A DNA stretch of 64,000 nucleotides from Tubiluchus corallicola (lineage: Eukaryota; Animalia; Priapulida). Below, piece by piece: positions 48,416-58,465 of the stretch (position 1 is the first letter of the stretch; each line of letters starts with the position of its first letter). The notes beneath the pieces were generated by a model. That model was not told the origin of the DNA. It was given only the letters and a program-made list of their open reading frames with translations, and searched no databases. The DNA lies in NCBI GenBank assembly GCA_030141605.1, contig JAQGDQ010000055.1, forward strand, positions 248,001 to 312,000, read 5' to 3'. Made by a program: the position numbers and the translations under genes.

Positions 48416-50023
48416 TTAAACCTTATCATTATCAATCAGACCTTTGACAGCTGATTCTCGTTTAGTTAACATACGTTTGACGAGCATTGGAGACTTGCAA
48501 GTAAGAGGTTGGTCAGATGCTGCCTGAGTGATAGGATACAAATGATGTACGGGTCTTTGCAATGAGTTTCCATTAGCCAGTACCACTTCAGCACCTCGTA
48601 CTTCCCCATCACTACTGCCTAACAACCGAGAAATTCGGCCTAATTTCCATCTCCCTCTTGGGTGATTTTCTTCCTTAATTAGAACAACATCATTAATTTT
48701 TGGAATTTGTTTGAGTGCACCCTTTTTAGTTACCAGCTCTGACTGGGTTCTTGCACGCAAGTCTCCAAGGTATTCAGTTTGCCAACGTTTCCAAAATTGT
48801 TTAACTTGTTTCTGACCGTTTTTCCAATTCTCAATTAAGGTTTTTATCGTTGGTTGGAAATCTGGGTCATTGCACACATTACTTTCAAGGTCTTGGATGC
48901 CAGGTGGACGATGTCCAGTAGGCATGAGAAAGGAATTTGGCGACAATGCTTCTAACGTGGATGAGTCAACATAACAGAGTGGTCTGGAGTTGATAATGTA
49001 CTGGATCTCTTCTAGTACAGTCACCAGTATATCATAAGGAAGAGGTTTGCACAATGTTGTTTTTCTGAGAGTGTGTTTTACCAGGCCGACAAGTCTTTCA
49101 TAATGACCCCCTTGATGAGATGCTTTGGGGATAATGAAAGACCATGAAAAACCAGATTTAGTAGCAAATTCTTGACACAATTTGCTATGCAATACAGAAT
49201 TGAAATTAGCATCCATAGTATTTCGAACTAGCTTGAAGGTGGGTGCATTATCTGAATACATTTTTTTAGGACGGCCATAGCGAGCTATGAACCTTCTCAA
49301 GACTAGTATTAGAGATTCTGCTGTCATGTCTGTAACTAGAGCTAAATGAACTGCCCTAGTTGTCAAGCAGTCGAACAACTCTATCCAAGACTTTTTTGTC
49401 AAGTTCTTGGTTTTAGAAGTACCACTCTTATACAAAATAGGCCCCATATAATCTACACCCACATAAGAGTAGGGACAAGAGGGTACCAGACGCTCATCAG
49501 GTAACTGTTTAAATGGAGGTGAGCAATAAGGACCACCTTCATATCTTCTACATGTTAAACATTTTCTTAAGATAGCTCTTATGATATTGCGCCCATTAGG
49601 CACCCAATAGTTAATGCGGAAAATTGCCAAAACCTGTGATACGCCAACATGGCAATATACTTTGTGTATATGTTGCACAATTAGTTCTACAAGTTTACAA
49701 TTTGGTAGTAACAGTGGTTGTGATGTTAATAAACTGTGCTTATTCTGAAATCTTGTTTTGCAAGCAATTAGACCAGCATCATTCACAAAGAAGGTGACAT
49801 TAGAAGAGGCCCTTTGCAATTTTTGCTGAACAAAATCAAGGTAAGTAAACTGTATCCATCTGATCCACAGTTTCAAAGCCTGTGTTGTCTCCTGTATGGT
49901 AACGAGATTTGTGCTCAATCTTAGGCCCTCTTTGTAATGTACAATTACTGGCAAAATTCTGAGTACAAAGGCAGTGACTATTAGAAGTCTGTCTAACGAT
50001 GAGTAATCATTGATGTTAATCAC
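48416..50023 (-). CDS. BEL/Pao integrase (HHCC zinc finger, DDE core, DUF5641-like C-terminus)
   Basis: H..YCH...CLTC; VGVDYMGP, YSDNAPTF, GGHYERLV (D-D-E intact); FWKRWQTEYL; WKLGRI. Confidence 0.9.
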   Translation of the reverse strand: MININDYSSLDRLLIVTAFVLRILPVIVHYKEGLRLSTNLVTIQETTQALKLWIRWIQFTYLDFVQQKLQRASSNVTFFVNDAGLIACKTRFQNKHSLLTSQPLLLPNCKLVELIVQHIHKVYCHVGVSQVLAIFRINYWVPNGRNIIRAILRKCLTCRRYEGGPYCSPPFKQLPDERLVPSCPYSYVGVDYMGPILYKSGTSKTKNLTKKSWIELFDCLTTRAVHLALVTDMTAESLILVLRRFIARYGRPKKMYSDNAPTFKLVRNTMDANFNSVLHSKLCQEFATKSGFSWSFIIPKASHQGGHYERLVGLVKHTLRKTTLCKPLPYDILVTVLEEIQYIINSRPLCYVDSSTLEALSPNSFLMPTGHRPPGIQDLESNVCNDPDFQPTIKTLIENWKNGQKQVKQFWKRWQTEYLGDLRARTQSELVTKKGALKQIPKINDVVLIKEENHPRGRWKLGRISRLLGSSDGEVRGAEVVLANGNSLQRPVHHLYPITQAASDQPLTCKSPMLVKRMLTKRESAVKGLIDNDKV

Positions 50024-53000
50024 ATTGCCAATTTTTTGTTTGCAGGCAAAGATGTTTCAAAGAAGACTTCCTTGGTATTGGGCATTTCAGACTCTACCAT
50101 GTAACGGCCATCTCTAAACTCTACTGAGTTTTCAAATTTTCTTACAGCCATCTCATCATCATCAACTGTTGGTGAATCCTGAATTCCTAAAGAATCCAGG
50201 GACCAGAATCGCTCTAACGGATAACTACTCTCTGTCTTATCATCATAATTGGCAACAGTGTCGATGCATGACAAGTGCACTTCAGGTTTAGTAACATCTA
50301 AACTAGACGAGTTGTCAATGATCAAATTCATTGAAGTGTCAAAACCAGGCTGAAATGACAATAATGCTGTGTTACATGTGACATTTTCATTTTCAGCATC
50401 AATGGATTTTTTCTGAACTGTGCCACCAATAATGTAACCAAGACAACTAGCAAACATAAAAATGTCAGGTCCTAATTTTCTCTTCTCAGCACCCAATACT
50501 CTGAAGTAATGATCATTTCCAATTAAGAGTTCAATTTGCTCTTTCAGGTCATCATCAGAAGAATGGGTACCTGGTAGGACATCGGCCATGAGACCTTCCC
50601 AGCACTTTAACTTTGAATAAATGTCAGAAGGGAGACTAGGCCTTCGAGAATATTGAGCAATAAATGATACAACCCTTACATCTAATTCCAATTGGCAAGA
50701 GGTAGGACCACCGTTTAAAGTTATTACACTATCATAGCACTCAATTCGTTTTGGCTCAGGATTAGCAAATGTAGATAACATAACAGTGGATTTATTGCTC
50801 AATGGCAAATCAAGTCGGTCTGCTAGTGACTTTGTTATGTAGCTAGTGTGACTACCAGTATCTAAAAACCCTCTGATTCTTACACCATCTTGAAGTTTTC
50901 GTTCCCTTTTCATCAATGTTTGAGGGTTGAATGCATAACATAATACTGTCTGCATGATTGTGGTTTTTGAATTTGGTTTTGAGTTCAACAGCATAGACTC
51001 ATTAGTGAGATGGCTTTGTTTGGGCACTGCACTAATTTCAACGCATTGTGGGTTGGGCCGTTTATTAAATGCAGCCTTTTCACACAAAGTGAGGTTATGA
51101 CGACCCAAACAAACAACACATTGTTTAGTGCAGGTATCTTCAGTATGAGTTTTTGACATGCATATCATACATCTATTTTGCATTTTCAGTATGGCTTTCT
51201 TTTCAGAAATTGACAACTCGTGACAGTACCTGCTCGGATGGCCAGTCTTACCACACAAGAAACATGGGAATTTCTTGAATCCCGATGAAGACCCAACAGG
51301 TTTGTTTGATTTGGGTTTACCTTTGTTCACTTTAGGTTTATTAGAGCCCTTGTTAAGTGGTAGATTTGATAACCCAGGATGCCCAATACCTTCACTTTGG
51401 AATGCAATCTGTTGTTCAGTATTACTTAGTACAGATTCATGCTGGTAGTTTGGTCTTCGACCTGCAAAACCCAATTTACCATTTTTGTATGAAGGTTTGC
51501 TTATGGGTTTTTCAGTAGGTGTGGGCACTGAATTCTTATCCTTTTGAATTGCTTCAATGTCTTCAACATAACACTCCATGGTTCTGATCAAATCATCTAG
51601 TTTCCACCTTGAACCATGGGTCATACCAGAGCACATTCTATGCAATTCATTGTTTATGTTAGCTGGAAGACGCCTGGTAATTTGTCTGACTATGTAATGC
51701 TCTTCCTCATACCCCAACATGGCCAAAGTTCTCAGTATTGACTCAATTTTGTCAAGAAACTTTCGAAGGTTTGTAGCATTTGGTGCAACTGTTTCTAAAT
51801 TTTCAAGCAAGTCTAAGTTTCTATCTATCAAATCATCTTTCTTTAGAAACCGCTTTACCAAATGATTGACTGCCTGCTGATAACTTTCGGCTATGGCTGG
51901 GTAGGATTTCACAATTTCTAACGGAACACCCTTTAAAGACATTTTTAGGTAATTCAATTTTTTCATTTCTTTCAGATCAGCACGTGTGTGAATCTCATCA
52001 TGAAAAATTGACCAGAAACCCTGAAAATCATCACCATCACCCGAAAAAGTGGGTAATTGAAACTTGGGTAATCTCGAATTTCTAAAGTAGGCATCAGAAT
52101 CACTATCGTTAGATGCCTGTGAAGCATGGCATGCCTGTACTGGGGAAGCATACATACTTGCTAAACGTGAAGGTTGTACTTTAGAAGTTTGAGCAATGAC
52201 AGACTCATGCAATGTATTATCCATAACACTGTGTTTAGGTTTTGGTTTAGTGTCTGCCATGTGATGATCACGTGATTCTAGACGTTCAAGACGTGATGCA
52301 ATCATATCCATGGTTTGCATCATTGTATTGAAAATTGATGAAAGGGGATAATTCTGATCACCGTGAGCATTATAAATATTACTGCCATATGCTTTAGTAC
52401 CTGCCTGTCCAGCAAAGGCAGCATTGCCTGCATTTTTGATTTTTGAAACAAACACACCAGAAGCTTTTGAAGTACTTGCTGGTTGATATACAGGCTCTAG
52501 GGCAGGTATAATCAAATTCTGCTGATTAAGTTCAAAATTACCTTTGCTTTTAAATTTCTGTAGTAGCAATTTTGGTAAGCCTAACAAATCTTGTTTCAAA
52601 ACTGCCCTAGAATTAATTAATTCATGGGTTGCATCTGCCATGGTGTCATTATTACAACGATAATAACAATCTATCAATTTTCCATAAGTCTCAATTAACT
52701 CCTGTACAGTATCTGCATAATCAGAAAGATAACTGTTTGCTTTGTCAATCAAAGTTTCAATATTTTCAAAGCATAACAAATCATACAAAGAATTACTAAA
52801 CCTAATCATGTCATACCGCATCTCAGTAAATCTGTGGTTGTGTATTCTGATTTTTTGCAGGAACATCTCAATCTCCTGATCAATCTCCAGGGGCAGCTCT
52901 ATGTTGGGTTTTTCTAGCAGTGGAACCAGTGGATATGCTTCATCCTCTTCACTCTCTCCTGGCTCCTCATCACAATCAGGCCTCGACATTGCAGCTGACG

Positions 53001-53268
53001 TCTCCGGTTCCTCGTGTATCACGTTTGGGCTGGCACGGGCATTTTGCTCTATGTGTTCCAGTATTCTGCGAACCAGCTCAGCTTTTGTACCGTAGACTGG
53101 TAGACCCTTGTCTCGTGAGAGATCTTTCAATTCCCTTTGCGTAAGATCCATCAATTTTAGACGTGACATCGGTATCGTTCCAGTTACATAGGTACGTACT
53201 TCAGTATCAGAGACGCCCTCCGGTGCAGGAAGAGTTTGAGCTTGTGAAGATTTGAGTTGATCTGTCAT
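50020..53268 (-). CDS. gag: BEL/Pao Gag-protease ORF (N-terminal SAP-like motif, DUF1759-like Gag core, Cys/His knuckles, aspartic protease)
   Basis: LTQRELKDLSRDKGLPVYGTKAELVRRI (SAP-like); LPKFQLPTFSGD..FWSIF; CFLCGKTGHPSRYC, CMICMSKTHTEDTC, CVVCLGRHNLTLC; FLDTGSHTSYI; LERFWSLDSLGI. Confidence 0.9.
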   Translation of the reverse strand: MTDQLKSSQAQTLPAPEGVSDTEVRTYVTGTIPMSRLKLMDLTQRELKDLSRDKGLPVYGTKAELVRRILEHIEQNARASPNVIHEEPETSAAMSRPDCDEEPGESEEDEAYPLVPLLEKPNIELPLEIDQEIEMFLQKIRIHNHRFTEMRYDMIRFSNSLYDLLCFENIETLIDKANSYLSDYADTVQELIETYGKLIDCYYRCNNDTMADATHELINSRAVLKQDLLGLPKLLLQKFKSKGNFELNQQNLIIPALEPVYQPASTSKASGVFVSKIKNAGNAAFAGQAGTKAYGSNIYNAHGDQNYPLSSIFNTMMQTMDMIASRLERLESRDHHMADTKPKPKHSVMDNTLHESVIAQTSKVQPSRLASMYASPVQACHASQASNDSDSDAYFRNSRLPKFQLPTFSGDGDDFQGFWSIFHDEIHTRADLKEMKKLNYLKMSLKGVPLEIVKSYPAIAESYQQAVNHLVKRFLKKDDLIDRNLDLLENLETVAPNATNLRKFLDKIESILRTLAMLGYEEEHYIVRQITRRLPANINNELHRMCSGMTHGSRWKLDDLIRTMECYVEDIEAIQKDKNSVPTPTEKPISKPSYKNGKLGFAGRRPNYQHESVLSNTEQQIAFQSEGIGHPGLSNLPLNKGSNKPKVNKGKPKSNKPVGSSSGFKKFPCFLCGKTGHPSRYCHELSISEKKAILKMQNRCMICMSKTHTEDTCTKQCVVCLGRHNLTLCEKAAFNKRPNPQCVEISAVPKQSHLTNESMLLNSKPNSKTTIMQTVLCYAFNPQTLMKRERKLQDGVRIRGFLDTGSHTSYITKSLADRLDLPLSNKSTVMLSTFANPEPKRIECYDSVITLNGGPTSCQLELDVRVVSFIAQYSRRPSLPSDIYSKLKCWEGLMADVLPGTHSSDDDLKEQIELLIGNDHYFRVLGAEKRKLGPDIFMFASCLGYIIGGTVQKKSIDAENENVTCNTALLSFQPGFDTSMNLIIDNSSSLDVTKPEVHLSCIDTVANYDDKTESSYPLERFWSLDSLGIQDSPTVDDDEMAVRKFENSVEFRDGRYMVESEMPNTKEVFFETSLPANKKLAM

Positions 53269-53675
53269 GCTGTAACGAATGCAGGTAAGTGCAAGAAATT
53301 ATTTCTTAAATGCAGCACTTAATGCACTGTGCATTCAAACCATTTCCAGTTCCTAGTCATACTGTATGGAATGCAGGTAAGTGCAAGAAATTATTTCTTA
53401 AATGCAGCACTTAATGCACTGTGCATTCAAACCATTTCCAGTTCCTAGTCATGCTGTATGGAATGCAGGTAAGTGCAAGAAGTAATTTTAAGTACAGCAC
53501 TCAGTGCATTGTGCATGTAAACCAATTCCAGTTCCAAAACGTAGCACTTAATGCACTGTAACTAAACCAATTCCAGTTCCAAAATGTGGCACTTTATGCA
53601 CTGTGTATCTAAACCAATTCCAGTTCCAAAATGTGGCACTTTATGCACTGTGTATCTAAACCAATTCCAGTTCCT
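53269..53675. repeat. Tandem repeats in the LTR element 5' UTR (about 91-bp units plus about 47-bp subunits)
   Basis: GAATGCAGGTAAGTGCAAGAA x3; GCACTT(A/T)ATGCACTGT...AAACCA(A/T)TTCCAGTTCC x6. Confidence 0.85.
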
Positions 53676-53682
53676 CAGAACG

Positions 53683-53700
53683 TCCCGGGTTTCGGCACCA
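53683..53700 (-). other. Primer-binding site, tRNA-Phe
   Basis: Minus strand TGGTGCCGAAACCCGGGA is complementary to the 3' 18 nt of eukaryotic tRNA-Phe(GAA) (TCCCGGGTTTCGGCACCA), 2 nt from the 5' LTR. Confidence 0.9.
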
Positions 53701-53702
53701 GA

Positions 53703-54153
53703 TGTAAAAAACTTGTAACAATTTTATTGCAAAATGTACAATGTTCACAGATTATAAACTTTTATGACACATTATGATACCACTACAGTAGAAAACTTTC
53801 AACCTCTCCAAATGCTGTCTCAAGACCAACTGGAACTTGCATGCCTGGGAGAATCAAGCTCGAATCACATGACCAGACATACAAGTTCCTATTGGAAGGT
53901 ACATTAAACATTAAATTCATGCAAAGGTCACCTATACTCTACATGTTAAACCAAAATCAAATCTACATGGCTTCTTTCATAGCAGAATACATTAAGTTCA
54001 CTAGTTGCTTCTCTTCCAAACTTATTCTAATTTTCAGTAGTCATGGAAACAAGGAGATGAGGAGGCATATTGAGGCTGCAGCTAAAAAACATTTGTAGAA
54101 AACTGACAATTAAATAGATTACATAATACCACAATCGCGTACAATAAGCGACA
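53703..54153 (-). repeat. 5' LTR
   Basis: Direct repeat of 47446-47896, followed on the minus strand by the PBS. Confidence 0.95.
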
Positions 54154-54356
54154 TGTGCGGCTTGGAAGATTTCTAGTGTTGTAATCTGAATAATGCGAAA
54201 AAAGTTAGTTCATTGTGTTTTTCTAATTTTAAGTAAAAAAGCCTAACTTTATTAAATTTACTTATGGAAGCATGGGCACAAAATATAATAGAAGCCACAA
54301 TATCTGCAAAAGACAGAAGTTTAATAGCTCTATAATATCAGAAGAAAGTTTCTTAC

Positions 54357-54473
54357 CTTAGCCTGTTTATTGAGAGCAAACTGAAGGTTGGCTGGTCCAA
54401 TGTTTTTCACTATTTCCGCTAACATGTCCTTATTTCCAGCTCTGGCCACGTAATGCAATGACGTCTCCTGAGT
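54357..54473 (-). CDS. nompC: TRPN ankyrin exon
   Basis: TQETSLHYVARAGNKDMLAEIVKNIGPANLQFALNKQAK; 117 bp, phase 0-0. Confidence 0.88.
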
Positions 54474-55257
54474 CTAGTAATAAAAGATACTGTAAGTTAA
54501 TATGGTTGAATTTTATGTTTCATAAACAGTTATTCTGCAATGAAAAATAAGCGAAACTTTCCTGTAATAAAATGCTTATCACAAAATTAAGGCTTTTTTT
54601 AGAAATCTGAGCATTGTGAAGCCATCAAACATTCTAACCTTTTTTTCGAAAAAAATCTGAACTCTGCCAAAACAAATAAAAATCGATGCGTCAGCATATT
54701 CAGTTTAATTAAATTCAATTGATACTTTTATTTCGGAGTTAATTAAGTCCATATAAAAACGTCCTTCAATGTTACTCGTCATAGCGTTTTCGAAACACAT
54801 TTTGCCCGTATGAGCTAATACATTGCTACTAATATCAAATAATGGCAAGATTAGTTCCTAAGCTCTACAGCAAAGCTGAAACGCCCCAAAGAAGATGAGT
54901 AATTGAATAAGTTTTATCGTGTTCGAATGTCTAGCGTAACACAACCTGAAAAATCCAAAAAAAAGCCTACATCTAAAATTATTAAGACTACATTACCCGT
55001 AAGGCATCCATCTGTTTCTTATTTCAAGTGTGGCACATAAATGAGGCGCATACCGTAAATAATTAATATAAAATTATTCTTTTAAGATTTTAATACAAAT
55101 TACTTAGACTTGACAGTACAGGATTAGCGCTGCCTTTATAGATTCTTCGCAACAAAATTAGGTATGTAGCTTTTATCATCATGAAGCTGTAATTTAACTC
55201 TGAAATTCACAAAAATAGGACATATAACAGGTAAATTGGTAAAAAATGAAAATTTAC

Positions 55258-55386
55258 TAGTTTGGTTTGGACGTTGGTATCACCATCATAGCTTAGCAGC
55301 AGCTTCATCAATTCAATTTCTTCATTCTCATAATGGGATGCTGATTTGGACAATTCGGCAGCATAGTGAACTGCTGTCTCGCCTTC
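55258..55386 (-). CDS. nompC: TRPN ankyrin exon
   Basis: EGETAVHYAAELSKSASHYENEEIELMKLLLSYDGDTNVQTKL; 129 bp, phase 0-0. Confidence 0.88.
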
Positions 55387-55609
55387 CTGCAAAAAATATT
55401 GCATGAGAAGATATCAGAAAAGTGCCTAAGTGTTTTGTACACTGCAAAGCATTGGGGAACAATGAAGTTTTGATAATTTAGTTTAAGAAAGCATTGAGAA
55501 GGAAAAGAATTGTATTTCTGTCTCTTCAACAGAATAGATAGAGAGGCAGAATGGAAGGCGGAGGAATGGAAACAGAAAGAAGAAGACAAGAAGGTGAGAG
55601 AAAGAGAGA

Positions 55610-55618
55610 TGAGAGAGA

Positions 55619-55688
<70 letters not shown>

Positions 55689-55965
55689 TGGGAATGGTTA
55701 TATATATATAAACATAAACCTAGCCTAAACACAGACTCATACTCAAACGCAAACGTAAGCAAAAATAAAAACAAAAACATAAACATAAATATAAACATTT
55801 CTTATCCCGCCAATCAGTTTTCTTATTTGGGAGATGTTGAACAAATTAGAAACTCTCTTCACTCGATAGGAAGGAGAAGGAAAGGGAAAGAAGAAGGAAA
55901 ATGAGAAGGAGAAGAATGGGAAAGCTTAAAATTCGTGGATAAAAGTTGAAAAGAGAAAATAAAGG

Positions 55966-56054
<89 letters not shown>
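55610..56054. repeat. Two (GA)n microsatellites (about 55610-55686 and 55971-56054)
   Basis: Directly visible. Confidence 0.95.
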
Positions 56055-56058
<4 letters not shown>

Positions 56059-56074
56059 GAGACGTAAAACTCAC

Positions 56075-56203
56075 CAAATTTTGTAGGTTTACTAATGTGA
56101 TAGCTTCTAGCCTGGATTCTTCTGATATCAGAAATGTAAGTAACTCTAGCGCTATTTTATAATGACAGTGTCTGACTGCTACATGGAGAGGGCTTTCTCC
56201 TAG
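56075..56203 (-). CDS. nompC: TRPN ankyrin exon
   Basis: LGESPLHVAVRHCHYKIALELLTFLISEESRLEAITLVNLQNL; 129 bp, phase 0-0. Confidence 0.88.
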
Positions 56204-56686
56204 CTTTATCGTAAACAAAACAAAATAACAATTTAACAAAATAAAAACAGATCAGATAATGTTGGTAATATAGTTTTAGTTAATATGAATTTACAAATAT
56301 ATGTATGCAACTATTATTATAGATTACACAGGCCAATACAATGAATTTTTAAATAAATAAATATATATATTGTAATATAAAATAATAATATATATGTTGT
56401 ATACAACTATAGCTAACAACCTAGCGTAGGCTAATATTATGAATTTACTATCAAATGTATGCATTTATACAACTGTAATATATATATATATTACATAGGA
56501 AATATATATAGGCAAACAAAAAAACTACCTATGATTAAGTACTTGTTATTTTAAACACATTAAGAAAGCAAACAATCTGTTTGATTCCTTGTGATATTTA
56601 TGTTACATTTTAAACTCTAAAAGTAAAAAAACATGTTGGCCAAATAACAGATACCTCGTGTTTGTCAGCAAAGAAAAAACCTGTAC

Positions 56687-56785
56687 CTTGGATTGTCGTT
56701 GAATGTAAGCTCCTTCATCGAGTAGTAATTGAACCATTTTCAAGTGCCCATGTCGAGAGGCAATATGAAGTGCTGTTTCACCATT
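56687..56785 (-). CDS. nompC: TRPN ankyrin exon
   Basis: NGETALHIASRHGHLKMVQLLLDEGAYIQRQSK; 99 bp, phase 0-0. Confidence 0.9.
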
Positions 56786-56849
56786 CTGTAATAAATTAAT
56801 ATAATAACTAGCCAAACCCCACAAAAAGAATTTTGTGCACAAATCAACA

Positions 56850-57500
56850 CACAACCCACACCACACCACTCCACCTCATCACACCACACTGCACCACACT
56901 ATACCACTCCACCTCGTCGCACCACACTGCACCACACAATACCACCACACCGCACTGCACCACACCATACCACCTACACACCACACCACCCACACCATAC
57001 CACTCCACCATATCACACCCACACCATACCACTGCACCACCCACACAGCACACCACACCACCCACACCATAATACTCCACCACATCACACCGCACACCAC
57101 ACTGCACCACACCACACCACCCACACCATACCATTCCACCACATCACACCACACCACACCACACCATACCACTGCAGCACACCGCACCACCCACACACCA
57201 CACCACACCACCCACACCATACGACTCCACCACATCACACCACACTGCACCACACCATATCACTGCACCACACCACATCGCACCACCCACCCACACACCA
57301 CACCACCCACACCATAATACTCCACCACATCACATCACACCGCACTGCACCACACCATAACAACACACTGCACCACAACACCCACCCACACACCACGCCA
57401 CCCACTCCACACCACACCCCACACACCCTATCACCCCACCACACCATCCATAGCACAACACACAAAGCACACCACCACCACACCACATCAAATCCACCAC
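56850..57500. repeat. Degenerate (CACCA)n satellite
   Basis: Directly visible. Confidence 0.93.
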
Positions 57501-57769
57501 CTCACGTGGTGATCATGATGTTGATGATGATGATGATGGTGGCAACGATGACGACACCTATAGCACAAGCACCAACAGCACAGCATTACAACAAAACCAT
57601 TCCAAACATTTTTCACAAAGTTGAAACTATGTGCTATAATATAATAAATAGCAAACGCCCCGCAAAAGATTTTGCGTATAAATACACGTGTAATCAATAA
57701 TACGCGAACATCCTACCTAGTCCTCATGTATAACGCAAAGCCCGTAACATCATGCCTACTGTTTGTTTA

Positions 57770-58465
57770 ACTAACGCAAACCCGTAGCAGGCAGCTTTTT
57801 GCTGAATTAAAGCTATAAGATTACAGACAGAATACAATGGATGACGTCACAACAATGGCATTGCGTCAGCAGCTTTCTAAGCGGAAATTGCCGAAAATGG
57901 AACTCCCAATTAACTCGCCAATACTCCTCTCGGTGGACCTGCCCTAACATATAGCCCACATCATCGTGTAGCCCCGTTCTTTCTCTTTGTAAAGAGCTCC
58001 ATATCTCCTTCCGAGAGTCCCACCGGGCGCCGCTAGAACGTTTTTCCCGCAGGCTGTTTGATCAAAATTTCGAAAAAATCGCGAGTTGGGTCCGTGAAAA
58101 CGCCCGTTACGGGACCCCGTGGCCCTCTTGGGAATTCTAAATAGGCCTATGACACCCACCGCTGAACGGGCTATCTATCCATACCCAGCACCCCCCTCGG
58201 CCCGTTCCCGTTCTCTACATCTCAGCCGTATAACTTTTGCAAAAAACGGCCAAAAAATGGCCATTTTTGGAGGTTTTTCGCCTCCCCTTCCTCGCGGTGG
58301 GCCCAATTCGACAAATAAACCATCAGTGGCACGACACTAGATGGAGACCTTTCGTTTGATATATAGATCGTCGCAAATGGTGCCCTCGTCCGGTCTGTAG
58401 CCTCGAATCTTATATATAAATAAATATATATATATATATACCAAGAATATTAATATAATAGTAGA
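57770..58465 (-). mobile_element. Helitron/DINE-like non-autonomous element (tentative)
   Basis: Minus strand begins A|TCTACTATTATATTAA, then a (TA)n tract and ATATCAAACGAAAGG. GC-rich body, and a degenerate 3' GCTACGGG...TTAG end near 57770. Confidence 0.4.

Larger units (their letters stand above)
47446..54153 (-). mobile_element. BEL/Pao LTR retrotransposon lacking RT and RNase H (non-autonomous), inserted in a TRPN intron
   Basis: Two 451-bp TG...CA LTRs with 4 mismatches seen by eye; TSD TGTGC (47441-47445, 54154-54158); PBS; Gag-Pro ORF and integrase ORF. Confidence 0.95.

Noticed and set aside
53683-53700. tRNA-Phe gene
   Set aside because: Only the 3' 18 nt including CCA; it is the retrotransposon PBS.
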